A stretch of 59,021 nucleotides of DNA, from assembly GCA_010093705.1 (NCBI GenBank), contig MU006104.1:496001-555021 (forward strand), read 5' to 3'. A program made the position numbers and the translations under genes. The DNA comes from Patellaria atrata CBS 101060. Taxonomy: Eukaryota. Shown here piece by piece: positions 25,524 to 39,070 of the stretch (position 1 is its first letter; each line of letters begins with the position of its first letter). The notes beneath the pieces are model-generated. The model saw nothing but the letters and a program-made list of their open reading frames with translations. It made no database searches and was not told the origin of the DNA.

Positions 25524-25929
25524 GAACCTCGAATTCCACAAGAAAGAAAAGGTAATCTTCGACACAGCGGCTGCCGCATCCTTCGTAAGGTAGTCATCGG
25601 TTCAGCTAGCATCGACCCTAAATAGCAGATTTGATTTTGGATATCAGCGACCCATCACACGTTCACGAAGGATAGAAGTCCAGTCGGACACGGTATAATG
25701 AGGATAATACAATCATATTAGGGTTTGGAGACAAGTATTTTTACAGTAAAGCATAGAAATGACACCGTTTGATACCCCCCGAAACGCGCTCAGATGACCC
25801 ACCCGAGAGAAACTCCGTATGCTATGTCACAATCATGTACCCAGTCACTCCACCCATGCAAACATCAAATCGTACAATACCCGCAAACATTACGCACTTT
25901 ATCCAGAACCCATCCGTATATATCGTACC

Positions 25930-27875
25930 TTACACGTCTACTTCTTTCCCCCCACTCCTCTGTCGCAATTTCTCCTCCAACCTCTCCACCCTCGCCCTCT
26001 TCTCCTCCTCCAACCCCGTCCGCGTCTCCACATGCTCCTTCCTGAGCTCCTTCGTCCCGATCGCGAGACTGAACAGCACGCCCACGGCCGCCAGCGTGGT
26101 GTACATGATCCACATCTCGCTCAGACTGCCAGCGTACGCCTGGCGCGCGATTCTTCTCTGCGCTTCGGGCAGGGCGGCCACGAGCCGGACGTTCGCGCCT
26201 GCGTTGCCGCCGCCGAGAGCACGGGCTGTGGTCTCCCCTAGTGCGGCAAGGAGGGCGGGGCTGCGGGTTTGCATGCGGTTCTGGAAGACGACGCCGCCGA
26301 TGACGACGGAGATGGAGGTCGCGAGCTGGCGGATAAAACCGAACGTCGCAGTCGCGGTAGCGATGTCTCTCGTGCTAACGCTCGCCTGAAACGCGATGAG
26401 GGGAGCTTGGAAATTAGGTCCGATGCCGATGCCTGCGACGACCTGGTAGAGGATGAGTTTGGTCCAGGAGGATTTGGCGTCGATGTCGATAAAGAGGCCG
26501 TAGCCGAGGAGCATGAGCGTCATGCCGAACCAGATGGGGTCGCGGTACCGGCCGGATTTGCGGATGTAGAAGCCGGTTGCGGCACTGATGCAGGAGAGGG
26601 AGAGGGCGGTGGGGAGGACGTAGACGCCGCTCAGGAGAGGGGTCGCGCCGCGCACGGCTTGGAAGTAGAGGGGGAGGAAGTAGGAGCCCGCGATGAAGAC
26701 CATGCCGTGGATGAAGACGGTGCCTAGGGCGGCGACGGAGGTGCGGGCACGGAAGAGACGGAGAGGCATCATGGGGTAGGTGGCTAGTTTCCATTCGTTG
26801 AGGAGGAAGAGGATGATCGTGGCTACGCCGAAGAGGATGAGACAGAGTACGACGGCTGAGGTCCAGGGATGTGTCACGCCGCCGAATTCGAGGCCCATGA
26901 GGAGCATGACGGTTCCGCCGACGATGGTGAGGGTACCGATCCAGTCGATCGCCTTGATGCCGGCCCAGAGGGGCGTCTTGGGGGTGTGGACGTCGAGGAA
27001 GAAGAAAATAATGAGGAACGCGGCGCCGTCGAGGGGAAGATTGATATAGAAGCACCAGCGCCAGGATACTTTCTCAGTGAACACTCCGCCTACTACTGGA
27101 CCAAGTGCTGAAGCAACGGCCCACACACCGCCAATGATGCCGAAGTAGACAGGACGCTTGCGCTGGGAGAAGAGGTCGGAGATAGTAATATTCACTAGGG
27201 TGACCAGGCCGCCACCGCCGATACCTTGGATCGCTCGGGCCGCGAGCAGCATGCCAATATTGACGGATAATGCTGCGATAAGGGATCCGATGCAGAATAC
27301 GGCATTCGCGGCCAACAGAACCGGTTTTCGGCCGAAGATGTCAGATACCTTGCCCCATAGTGGGGTTGAAGCTGAGTTGCCTAGGAGATACGCGGAACCT
27401 ATCCAGGTATATCCAGCAGAGGAGTGGAAGTGTTCTGCGATTGTTGGAGCAGCGGTTGTGATGATTGTCTAGGTGTTGTCAGTATTGGTATGTAACTCGC
27501 TACTATAAGATGATTAACTTACGACGTCGAGGGCTGCTAGGAATACAGCCATCTATTGGAATAATCAGCAATTGATCCCCAACTTGACAACAGGATACAT
27601 ACGCATAATGCGGACATGATCAGAACAATTGTTGTTCTCGTGCGCGTCCGTTCTGGTGGAGGCCCGGATTCGCCATTGTCTGCAACGTCGCCAGAAGCAT
27701 CTTTGATCTCTTCCACAGGCTCAATGTCTGATTGAGATTCAAATTCCTGGTCCTTTTCTAGACCTTTGCTTCCATCCAAGTCGGAATTCGTCTGCGCCAA
27801 CGTTTGAGAGCTCAGTGTGGGTTCATTGCGCTCCGCGGGAACACGCATTAGCTCATACTCTTTGTTTGGCTCCAT
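25930..27875 (-). CDS. MFS drug:H+ antiporter (DHA2, 14 TMS) efflux pump
   Basis: Introns ~27601-27550 and ~27521-27469. Motifs AALD, WIGSAYLL, WGKVSDIFGRKP, ARAIQGIGGGG, WRWCFYINLP, IDWIG. Confidence 0.95.
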
Positions 27876-28579
27876 TGCCGCTATTATGACTTATGATGGA
27901 AGACGACAGGAGGGAGACAAAGAAGAAGATAGGTTATAGAAGGCGACGAGACGCTCTGATGAAAGAATAAAGCAGACGTTTAACACTCTAACTTCAAAGC
28001 GGCTATAACGGGGATAAGCGATTTTCGATTGCGGGACATATATAGGTTATGAGTGAATGCGGCGAAGATCATGAACAACGAAAAATGACCATTCTCACTT
28101 CCCAGGCTGTCACTCTTCTTGTAGGCCTGTCAGTGTACTTGTAGTGTACCTATCAACCCCTCGTCTACTTAAATGTACAGATAATCGCTTTTTCGGCATA
28201 TTTGAGAGGCCGAATGCCGCACGCCGTGACCTTGTTGATGGTTTGCAGAGATTTTATTCACCACTGGACGTTCGTTTTGAACGCCACAAGCTGTTCGCGA
28301 AAAAAATTCCTCGTTTAGCCACCGCACCTGTGTACGAATGCATGTTTCAGCTGGCATCTAGATGTGATCATGGTAAAACTTACTTCTCAAGCCTTATTCC
28401 CGTACAAGCTTCTGAGATTTAAGTAGATGTTGAAAATATATTGAATGGCGATCTATAAGTTCCAAGGCGTCATACACCAGCTGGCTCGTGCGCCTACGCG
28501 ACTTCTCGTTCACGTGACTCACGTTTCCTTGGCTTACCATCTCAACAAGAGAAGGGAAAGTAAAAAAAAAATAAATCAA

Positions 28580-28879
28580 GCGTTTATATCGAAAAAGGCG
28601 TCGTATATCGCACATAAATCGTCGCCATTTTTCAACGAGATTTCAGATAACTATCTCGAATCTTTATTTCACCAACCGCTAAGCGAATAACAAAAAAAAA
28701 GATTTTGCGTTTCTATCGAAAAAGACGTTGGGGTAGCACGACTTTATTCTCGTCTCTCTCCTGAGGTACTTCATGTCCAGATGAGAAAAAAGTGAACTTC
28801 CACCACATTATCTGAAAAGTCTAATCGCACATGAATCTTCGCCGTTTTTCAGCGAGATTTCAGAAGACTATTTCGATTC
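28580..28879. repeat. Diverged local direct duplication interrupted by ~93 nt
   Basis: 28607-28662 vs 28824-28879 has 8 mismatches in 56 nt. 28580-28603 vs 28707-28730 also match, each preceded by an A-run. Confidence 0.75.
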
Positions 28880-29457
28880 CCTATCCTACCAACCGTTAGC
28901 AAATGACCAAAGAATTTCGTGCGTTTTAATATCCGGATTCCTGCCGCTCCTGCGATCGAATCTGCGCACAGACCACACTGATCTCGTATAGATTGTGAGA
29001 TAAGATAATCTGGTATTGCTTCTCTTAACATCATAAATCAGGACTCCTGGACACTTGTATAGTTGTTGTACAGCTACTGGTCTACTGTCAGGTCCCAAGT
29101 GCTAATGATTCTGTATGGTGCGTTTGGGGATCTGAGTCTATGGCTATGGGTCCCCGATTCCTTCACGATACTATTGTTGTTGAATTTAAAGGCTTTGAGG
29201 ATAATTCATCTTTATACCGTTACACGGGAATCAAGACAGTCAGTTCAGCTGTACGATTGTAGGTCCCTCACATCTTTATCAGCTTCTCCGTACGGTAGAA
29301 TCGAAGCCAGCTTGAAGCGGAGGTATAATCAATTCAATTCAGCTACCTGCCAGTATCTCATTCCAGTACAATATGTCCCGGGCTATCCTAAGCGCCATAC
29401 TCCAACTCTAATCTATCCAGCAGAACATTAGAGCAGCAAGGGTATACCACATCACCC

Positions 29458-30456
29458 TTATTCATCTTCCGCACGCTCAACATCCTGAATCCCAGTAACA
29501 CGACCCTTCATCTTCTCCACCTCAGCCACCAAATCCGCCATACCCCGCCCAAGCTCAAAGACACCCTGATCCACCATATCGGTAAGGTCCTCCATATCCC
29601 TCTTCCGCATATGTCGACTATGCACACGACGAAGGCCAGTCTCCACAAACCTGCTCTCCCTCCTTCCCCCCTTGCCCCCCTCAGCCCCCTCGACCTTCAT
29701 CCCCTTGAGCACCCCACTCCTGATCTTCCTCACACCCACACTACGTACCACCTTTGCGCCTTCGGTGTTCGGATCCAACAGCCCCCATACCCACCCCCTG
29801 ACCCCCATGAGCCGCGCGTACACCCCGTCCAGAATCCCGCCCATCGTCGACACCGTGACACGCAGGTCATTGCACTCCTTGCGAGCAGCCGCGAGCCGTG
29901 TCTTGAGGGTCTCGCGCTGCAGGAGCAGGACGTCGACGTCGTCCTCGAGCATCGACGCCGTACGCGTTCCCCTCTGGTATTGACCGGCTGGGTAGTACGG
30001 GAGGGGGCGGGGGACGGAGTCGAGGGCGTCGGGGGAGCGGTGACGGGACATGCGGTACTGGTGCAGGTACTGCATGCTGGAGGTACGGGGCGGGGGCGGG
30101 TCTGTGACTTCGCCGTCGTTGTAGGGGGGTTTCTCCATCGCTGGGGTGGAGGTGGTTTCGTCCCGGTGCCATTGTTGGGAACGCCGGACTTGCTTGTCGG
30201 TCGCGATGGCTTGACCGATCGCGGCGGGGTTGCTGGATGAGCGCTCGATGCGGCTTAAGAGCCATTCGGAGACGGTTAAGTCTACGCTGTCGCTTTGGTT
30301 CCGTTTATGATGAGGAGCACTTTCGTCTTCGCATGCAGGAGACATTGTGTCTATTTCTTCTGCTTTGGGAAGTACGGGCTCTGGGTGTGCGTCTTGTGCG
30401 ATGCTGAATTCGTGATCTTCGACTTCTGACTGTACCATATTTGGTACGGCTGCCAT
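29458..30456 (-). CDS. Hypothetical protein with a central coiled-coil segment
   Basis: Intronless 332-aa ORF with GC-rich codon usage and LEDDVDVLLLQRETLKTRLAAARKECNDLR heptads. Confidence 0.7.
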   Translation of the reverse strand: MAAVPNMVQSEVEDHEFSIAQDAHPEPVLPKAEEIDTMSPACEDESAPHHKRNQSDSVDLTVSEWLLSRIERSSSNPAAIGQAIATDKQVRRSQQWHRDETTSTPAMEKPPYNDGEVTDPPPPRTSSMQYLHQYRMSRHRSPDALDSVPRPLPYYPAGQYQRGTRTASMLEDDVDVLLLQRETLKTRLAAARKECNDLRVTVSTMGGILDGVYARLMGVRGWVWGLLDPNTEGAKVVRSVGVRKIRSGVLKGMKVEGAEGGKGGRRESRFVETGLRRVHSRHMRKRDMEDLTDMVDQGVFELGRGMADLVAEVEKMKGRVTGIQDVERAEDE

Positions 30457-31104
30457 GGTCTATTGGTAAATGATGGGATTGAGTTTTGTGATGGAAGAGG
30501 GTGTGAGTACGGTTGAGGTTGTTATGGAAGAAAGGAAGAGGGAGTGAGCGAGAGCGAGAGAATTAAATAAATGCACACGTGCAAACGGACGTTTGCCGCT
30601 AGCAGAGCAAGACCGTCATGTGCATTGAGTCACGGAATAACTTATCATGAGGTTAATTGACATTGAAGGATTTGGGATAGGGGACTTTGGTGAAGTAGTG
30701 AATGCCGGAGAGGAAGTAGCTGAAAGTTATGGGAGAATGGTGAAGACTGGCGAAAAAGCGAGGACTAAACTTTACTCTTAGGGGGTAAAAAGAAAGGTGC
30801 GTGAGAATATATGTTGAAGTGTGACTCAATACGACGTATGTTGAATGATTTCATCGACTAATACTAGCACACGAGGGCAATATTACCACCTAGGTACTAC
30901 TCTCTAACGCATATCTTGTCATCATACCAGCTAGAGATAGCATCTATATAGCTATTAGTACAGCAGTAATGTCGGTTAGAATATATGACCTCTACACAAC
31001 GAAACGCCTAACCCCGTGATTCATACCGAACTTTCCAAAAATGCTCTATATGTACCGAATAAGATAACGTCATATGTACAATGCAGGGAGTTTTCGAAGC
31101 CATT

Positions 31105-32315
31105 TCAATTCCTATCATCAACCTCGTCATCCTCTCCTGGGTCAAAGATATCAACATCAGCAGCGTCATCGTCTACATCCGTAAGTTCGTCCCGGTAGCC
31201 CTGTTCTTCGTCCAAGTACGCATTTCTCAAACTGATATCATCCTCATCTTCCCGTAGAGTTTCTGCGGCTTCTAGAGCATCCGGGTCATCTGCATACTCT
31301 CGTTCCAGACGTTCATGACTAACTCTTCGTGCATTTGCGCGTTCTTGAGCTTCCAACTCCTTGACACGCTGCTTTGTTTTCTTGTACATAATAGATCCGG
31401 TAACAATACCAGCAGTTACACCAATTATCATGCTTATCCAAGATACGGCCCTGGTCTTAGCATCCATCTGGCCTCCTTTCTCGGCAAGGATGCCAAGTTG
31501 TGCTCCAACGAAAATCCCAAGCATCAACTTGGGAGTTGCGGCGGCCGTAGCGATAGCAAATTGCATCGGAGTAATAGTAGGAAACGTAGATAAAGCTCCA
31601 TTCGAAGGAGAATAGGGTAATGGGGACAACCGAATCATTATCAATAGCTTTAAGCCGTCATGCTTGAGGACAAGGGCTAGAGCAGCGAACCGGGTATCAT
31701 TCTCAAGAAGACGTTCGACAAAACCACGGAGAACTCCTCGAGATAGTATAAAAGCGGTCGTACTTCCCGCTACTGTGGCGGTAGCAGCAATAAACCAACT
31801 ATGAGTCGGTTAGGAAGATTTGCAATATTAGAGGATAGTGGAGACTTGTTTCTCAAAGTTACGCACCCATTTGGGAACCCAAACACAAAGCCAGTGATAG
31901 TCACCAGCATAGCATAACCCAATAATGGTGGGAATGAAACGCAAAATATCAGTGCCCATAGGATCGCCCATCCAAATGGCATGTCTCTCCACCTTTTTGC
32001 TACTGGTGTCACCCATTGGAAGATGCGCTCATTGAATACCAGGAAGAGTATTACAAGGACATTGATGATGATGAGCGTCGTAACGACAAGAATACGTTGG
32101 ACGGGCGTAAGCTTCTTGTATATCTTCACTACCTGCCGCTGAACCGTCTCATATCTCCGAAACATACGATCCTTGAATGATTCCGGGCCATCACCGTAAA
32201 TGGAACGGCGAGCCGATCTTCTTGTCCACGCAGGACTGATAGAGCGTCGACTCGAGGGTGGAGGTTCATCGATGGGTAGGGCGAGCGCGCGAGCATCGTA
32301 GTCTTGAGACGGCAT
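31105..32315 (-). CDS. TVP38: TVP38/TMEM64 (VTT/DedA, SNARE-associated) Golgi membrane protein
   Basis: SFPPLLGY...GFVFGFPNG, intron ~31863-31803, RFAALALVLKHDGLKLLIMIRLSPLPYSPSNG, TPKLMLGIFVG, acidic tail. Confidence 0.9.
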
Positions 32316-33212
32316 CTTACAGTCGCCGCTGGAGGGTCGGATGCGGCGGAAGAGGAGGAGGGAGGAGGAGGAGGCCCAACGGAAAGGTGATTGATAGAAT
32401 AGTTGGAAGAAGAAGATACCTTAAATGTTACCTCATTGGTGTTAACTGTATGAATGTTGTTATTATTCAGACTTAAGCTTAGGTTGTTGCACTTTGCAAA
32501 CTATCACAGGCGGTTGAAATGCTAGACAGTCAGCAGAAGCGGGATTACAACATCCCGTCAAGGAACGCTCCGCCGCATTTAGAATATGTCAAGATCACAT
32601 TGGGATAGATGTCGGTGAGTAGGTACGGTATCATTGTAACTTTTACTGTATTATATCCTCCTTGACTTGCACTCATTCCTCATGGCGGAATTTCCGTGAA
32701 TCTCAAATTATCTATTTCTCTTCACTCAGACCGGAAGTTGAGATGGGAATTGGTGATGCAGGTCCGCAGCAAGGCTTACGTAGCTTCAGCCCGCCTAGCC
32801 AGGCTTAGGAGGCTAACCGTTATTATCCTTAGCAACCCTCCCACGCCTCCCAACTCCAACCTCATACTTTTCTTATCATGCTGTTTAAACAGCTCACTCC
32901 AACAACAATTCCTTGATATATCTCATACAACTCTCCTTGTTGTTTGAATTCACTTTTCTCTTGCTTTAACCTCTCTCTTCCAGCGGGGTAACTCTGCTGT
33001 GGCTTGAGACAAGCATTGCTCCACTCCAGTCACTTCTGAAACCCTCCCTGATCGAACCCTGTGACAACTTTCGCCTTCTTTCCTATCGACTCCTCAAGCC
33101 TCGAATTCTGATAACAGACCCGAGCTCCTGCAGCATTCCATCTGTAGATCGCGTTATCACCTTCTAGAGCCCTTCGTAATCACGAGTCGGACTCCTGTCA
33201 TAAACTCCTAAA

Positions 33213-33898
33213 ATGCCATCTATCCATTACGCTCTCAGGTCCACCCTCTTCCGACGGGACGACGACGACGACGAATTTGATGACGACTATGAGTCGTTTT
33301 GGTGGACAGACGTAAGTTATACTACGAAATATGTTGACACTCTTAACTGACTTGGTCTAGACTGGCGTTATTGTCAAATACTGCATCTTCCTATTCATCT
33401 TTCTAGTTATATTTGGCTGGATAATTGGAGGCTTTATACATGCTCGTCGACGTTTAAATCGAGGACAACCTCCACTCAGATATCACAAGGTAACAATCCA
33501 ATTCAAAAGTCAAATTGTCCTTTCTAACTATGGATAGTGGTTGGTTCCTCGATCACACCGCAACCCGCGACCCCAGAACCAGTTCTCTTTCTATCAGCAA
33601 GGCCAAGGTCAGGGTCAAGCTTACGGCATGCAAGCTTACCCTGAACCGCCTCCATGTAATTCAACACAAGCCGTTCACATATTAACCCCGCTAACCTTTC
33701 ATAGTGTACACCCAAGATGCCCCTCCCGCATATCAGCCACCACCTGGAGCTACAAAAGCAAACCCACAGCAGGAGATTTATCCTTCGCAGTCCCCAGCTG
33801 GTCCATCTAACCAAGCTGACGCACCAGAATTGCCACAGCGCCCGACGCCGGCTCCACAGGCTCGCGCCTGGGCCCGAACCTTGTTCCGCCGCACTTGA
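33213..33898 (+). CDS. RCR-family (Congo-red resistance / Rsp5-adaptor-like) single-pass membrane protein with PY motifs
   Basis: Four exons (introns ~33312-33360, ~33490-33537, ~33656-33704). Sequence FWWTD-TGVIVKYCIFLFIFLVIFGWIIGGFIHARRRLNRGQPPLRYHKWLV, followed by EPPPLY and PPAY motifs. Confidence 0.8.
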
Positions 33899-34193
33899 AT
33901 GACTGAGATATATGCATGGACGGCGTCTGGTATCGATCGACACGATTTTCGGTTTGAAAATCCACATGGGAGCATATCTGTATTATTGAGCGGGATTCCA
34001 TATTGCTTGGTGTTAAAGGTAATAGGCGATAAAATTCTTCTGCGAGCAAAGATTCCCCTGAGTTCGTGATTCTTCACGTTCTCTCATGATATTTTCGCGC
34101 CTAATATAGCGCTCTTCAAGATCCATAGATAGTTGCGACTTTTGTGGTGAAAGAAATAGAGATAGTAATGTAAAGCATTGTTTCAATCTTCTT

Positions 34194-34908
34194 TCAATCC
34201 ATGTCCATAGCATCCAGATCGTCCTCGTCGATTCCATCTGGCTTTACACTATTCGATAGGGTCTCCATCGGTTGCGGATCGTTCGTCGCATCTATTGCGA
34301 CATTTGCGCCGACGAGTTGCCCTTGGCGTAATCGACTCCTAGCTTCTATTATCGCCTTCCGTACACTATCTTGCTCTTTTGGAATTGTCAGAGAAGTTGG
34401 GTCGGTGTACAAGATTAACTGATTGTTCTCGTTCGCATCAGGGTCTCGATGCATCAGGATATGTCTTGGTATTTTGTTCAAGTGCTTTTCGATATCTGAC
34501 AGGAAGATGGGATGCTCGTCATCCGACTCTACGTCAGCGAGATCTTGCTCTAGGTCGTAAATGTAGACTTTGTGCTTCGACTCGTCTACCTGCATGCAAT
34601 CATCCTCTGAAGGTACACGTTGTGGTCGGTTGCGCTTTTCGTTCTCCGTTTTCGTAGGACTGGGGTTCTGTGGAGATATCGGTGCATAGTTATTAGAGCT
34701 TGAAATTGGGATGTAGAGCTTGCCATTATGATCTGTAGCACACAAGAAAATCAGCCACACTGCAATAGTCCCAATTTATGAGCAGAATTAGCATACCTAG
34801 ACTTAGTAAATCAAAACGTTTTGCGAATCTCTGGTCGCGCTCAAGGTCATCTTGTGCAGCTCGTTTTCTAGTATTGATGGTTGTGACCTCCATCGTCCGA
34901 CTCGCCAT
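34194..34908 (-). CDS. Conserved-looking fungal hypothetical protein
   Basis: MASRTMEVTTINTRKRAAQDDLERDQRFAKRFDLLSL, intron ~34796-34734, then MQVDESKHKVYIYDL...IFLSDIEKHL...LILYTDPTSLTIPKEQDSVRKAIIEARSR. Confidence 0.8.
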
Positions 34909-35056
34909 CCCGACTTCGACACCTCCCGCTCTAACACCTCCTTTCTTCCGTCAAAAAGGGTCGAGAATCAATTGATTTGGTATCCTAGTTGTTATCATCT
35001 AAATAACAAATACTCGTGGAGCTAGTGACTGTTTGCAAGCTCAGCTCAGTGGATGA

Positions 35057-38000
35057 ATGTTGGGGAAAGTCGTCTCGTGGGGTTGCTGGAGAGCAAGCTT
35101 GACTCACAGCCGCGGTTTTGTACACGACCGCAGATTGTTCGAGAATATTCACCTCGACACCACGACTTTTGGTGCTTTGACCGCACATCATTCCCAGAGC
35201 GTTAGCACCAAGAGACCTACTCAATTAGGTTTTATCCAAATTCGCAATATGGCTTCTGTTGCGGAAGATAAGGTTGAGTGGCCTGCGCAGAGAGTTCGGG
35301 ATACGTTTCTCGAGTATTTCAAGAAAAATGGACACACTTTTGGTATATTTCTTAAGGATATAGATACGATTTGCTATTTACTAAGATGGTTTTGTGCAGT
35401 CCCTTCATCTTCGGTCGTTCCTTTGTCAGATCCCACTTTGCTATTTACCAATGCGGGCATGAATCAGTACAAGTCCATATTCTTGGGTACTGTAGATCCT
35501 CAATCTGATTTTGCTAAATTGAAGCGTGCTGTGAACACCCAAAAGGTATGTGTGATTGTAGAACCCTCTCTTAATAATGCTAACTATTATCTAGTGTATT
35601 CGTGCTGGCGGCAAACATAATGTCCGTTGATCCCGGAACCCACTATTGTTTAAAACTAATCAATCAAAGGACCTCGACGATGTGGGAAAAGACAGTTATC
35701 ACCATGTAGGTGATCCTGCCTTACACACGGGTCTCTCACTCACTATCAATTTAGACTTTCTTCGAAATGCTGGGCAATTGGAGTTTTGGGGATTACTTCA
35801 AGAAAGAGGCAATCGGATACTCCTGGGAACTACTGACCAAAGTATATGGACTAGATCCAGACAGGCTATACGTAACGTATTTTGAAGGTTACGCACCAGG
35901 TGGACTAGAACCAGATAACGAAGCAAAAGAGTTATGGAAATCAGTAGGGGTCGCAGACGACCATATCCTTCCTGGAAACATGAAGGATAACTTCTGGGAA
36001 ATGGGTGACCAAGGACCCTGCGGACCATGCAGTGAAATCCATTACGACAGGATAGGTGGTAGGAACGCTGCTCATCTTGTCAATCAAGATGATCCTAATG
36101 TATTGGAGATCTGGAATAACGTCTTCATTCAATACAATCGAGAACCAGATAAATCATTAAGGTCACTACCGAATAAACACGTAGACACTGGAATGGGCTT
36201 CGAGCGTTTAGTTTCCGTTCTTCAGAACAAAATGTCAAATTACGACACTGATGTCTTCACCCCCCTTTTTAGGACCATCCAGGAGATCACCGGCGCAAGA
36301 GGATATCGTGGTAAGTTCGGCGAAGATGACCCGGATGGTATCGATACAGCATACAGGGTCGTTGCAGATCATGTCCGGTTACTAACCTTCGCTATTTCTG
36401 ACGGCGGTGTGCCTAACAACGTTGGTCGTGGTTATGTGGTTAGGCGAGTATTACGAAGAGGTGCTCGGTATGCACGTAAATACTTTGCTACAGAAATTGG
36501 TGACTTTTTCTCAAAGATCGTCCCGAAATTGGTCGAACAGATGGGTGATATGTTTCCTGAAATCACAAAGAAGGAAGATGATGTCAAAGAGATTCTAAAC
36601 GAGGAGGAACTCTCCTTTGCTAAGAGCTTGGATCGGGGTGAAGTCATGTTTGAGAAGTACGCACAGCAGTGTAAAGTACGGGACTCTACAGACCTTCCTG
36701 GAGACGATGTTTGGAGGCTCTATGATACATACGGTTTCCCCGTAGATCTTACGAAGATTATGGCTGAAGAGAGAGGGTTGAAGATCAACGATGCTGAAGT
36801 CTCAGAAGCTCAGGAGAGGGCAAGGGAAGCTAGTAAAGGTGAAAAGAAGACTGGTGCGCTACTCGTCAAGCTCGACGTTCATGATCTAGGTGCACTGGAG
36901 AAGATGAATGACGTACCCAAGACGGATGATTCTGCAAAGTTTGGTAGGAGCAACATTACATCCGTGGTCAAGGCTGTATATCATGGTAAGAAATTTCTTC
37001 AGAGTACGAGCGAAGTACCTGAAGGTGAACAGTTCGGATTGATGTTGGATCGGACAAACTTCTATGCTGAACAGGGTGGACAGGAATATGATACCGGCAA
37101 GATTTTAATAGATGGCGAGGCCGAATTAGACGTACAAAACGTTCAAGTCTATGCGGGTTACGTTCTACATACCGGATACATGAACTACGGCTCTCTCAAA
37201 GTTGGGGATGAGGTAATCTGCGAATTTGATGAGGTATGTATATCTAGACATTTGAACCTATCAATTACTAAGCGATATAGCTTCGACGACATCCTATTAG
37301 GAATAATCATACGGGCACCCATATTCTCAACTATGCCTTGCGTGAGGTACTTGGCAATGAGGTGGACCAGAAGGGTTCACTTGTAGCACCAGAAAAGCTT
37401 CGTTTCGACTTCTCGCACAAGTCAGGTGTTACAGACGCGGAAATTGAGAAAGTGGAGTCGATATCCACAGAGTATATACGTCAAAATTCGGAGGTATACG
37501 CGAAGGATGTACCACTCGCAACCGCGAGGAATATCAAGGGCGTTCGTGCTGTGTTCGGAGAGACGTATCCGGATCCCGTGCGAGTTGTGTCGGTTGGCGT
37601 ACCGGTTGAGGACTTACTCGAGGATGTACAGAATGATGCTTGGGAGAAGGTCAGCGTTGAATTCTGCGGTGGTACTCATGTTGAGAAGACGGGTGAGATT
37701 AAAGAGCTCATCATCCTAGAAGAGAGCGGTATCGCCAAAGGTATTCGACGGATAATCGCAGTCACTGGTCAAACAGCATACGAAGTCCAAAGAGTAGCTC
37801 AGGAGTTTTCTGAGCATCTCGAGAAACTGGAGAAGATGGAGTATAGCCCCGAGAAAGAAAAGTTGACCAAGGAAACTACACTACAACTCAACCAGCTATC
37901 AGTCTCTGCACTGGCAAAAACTAAACTAAGAGAGAGATTCGCGAAGATAGTGAAGGCCAATCTGGATCATCAAAAAGCTGCTGCAAAGGTAGAGAACAAG

Positions 38001-38429
38001 AAGGTCCTAGATACGATTACGAACTACTTCACGGAGAATAAGGATAAGAGTCATCTTGTGGTTCAGGTACCAATATCTGCGAATGCCAAAGCGATCAGTG
38101 AAGCAATCAAGCACGTTTCGACAAAGGCAAAGGATAAAAGCGTTTATCTCTTCGCTGCTGACAAGTTTGAGGGTAAAGTCGTACACGGATGTCACGTGTC
38201 AGAGGTACGTGGGTATATACAAAATAGCTCCAGCAAATTCTAACAATAAATCTAGAATCTAAGCAAACAAGGGGCTTCCGCTAACGAGTGGGCGAATACA
38301 GTAGCTGCTGCCGTAGGAGGCAAAGCTGGTGGCAAGGGAGCAACGAGTGTAGGCAACGGTACGAACACGGACAAACTCGAGGAAGGACTCGAACTTGCGA
38401 CCAAATATCTGGAAAAGTTCCAGTTATGA
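35057..38429 (+). CDS. ALA1: Alanyl-tRNA synthetase, likely dual cytosolic (ATG 35249) and mitochondrial (ATG 35057) forms
   Basis: [69 protein letters not shown], editing motifs NHTGTH and EFCGGTH, GGKAGGK end. Six introns. Confidence 0.97.
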
Positions 38430-39070
38430 GAGGAGGATCACGCTATTTCATACGATCTGCACTAAGGAATGGTCGCGTATTGCAGTGGAGAGTCCTTTCG
38501 CCGATAGCATACGCTGAGGGTATTACTTCATACACTGTTGCGCTCTGAGACTTGAATTTGCGTGTTACTATCGATCTGTATGTTGAAAGATGTATAGAAT
38601 TTTCTCTGAAGAAGAGAAATCGGTAATAAGGAAGTTCGGACAAACCAACTTAAATCAGATACGAGTCATAGTTCCAGGAGAAGTTCCAATAATTAATGCT
38701 GGCTCGCCAAGCCTCAAGGGGCCGTTATGCTAATGAATCCTCCTACACAGCCCATTACTGCCTTCGGGGCGTTCACAAGCTTTGAATTTTCTCTCTCCCG
38801 TCTTCGCTCTTCTCTCTATTTTGAGGTCTTTCGTCTGTGGCGGCCTGGTATTTTACTGGTCACTCATGCGCGTCTGACCGTCCTGTCGTTCCTTTTCGTA
38901 TTACATACAGTACATATAATATACGCTCTAGTCGTTGTGCAATCGCTGCATCGTCATTCGTTTCGATCACTTGTTCTTTCTGTTCCTTCTGAGTGTCGTC
39001 GAGGTCTTTCCTTCTTCCGTTTCTTAAATTCTGGTCTTCCAATTCTCGCTGGAGGTCGAGGTCTAGGGAT

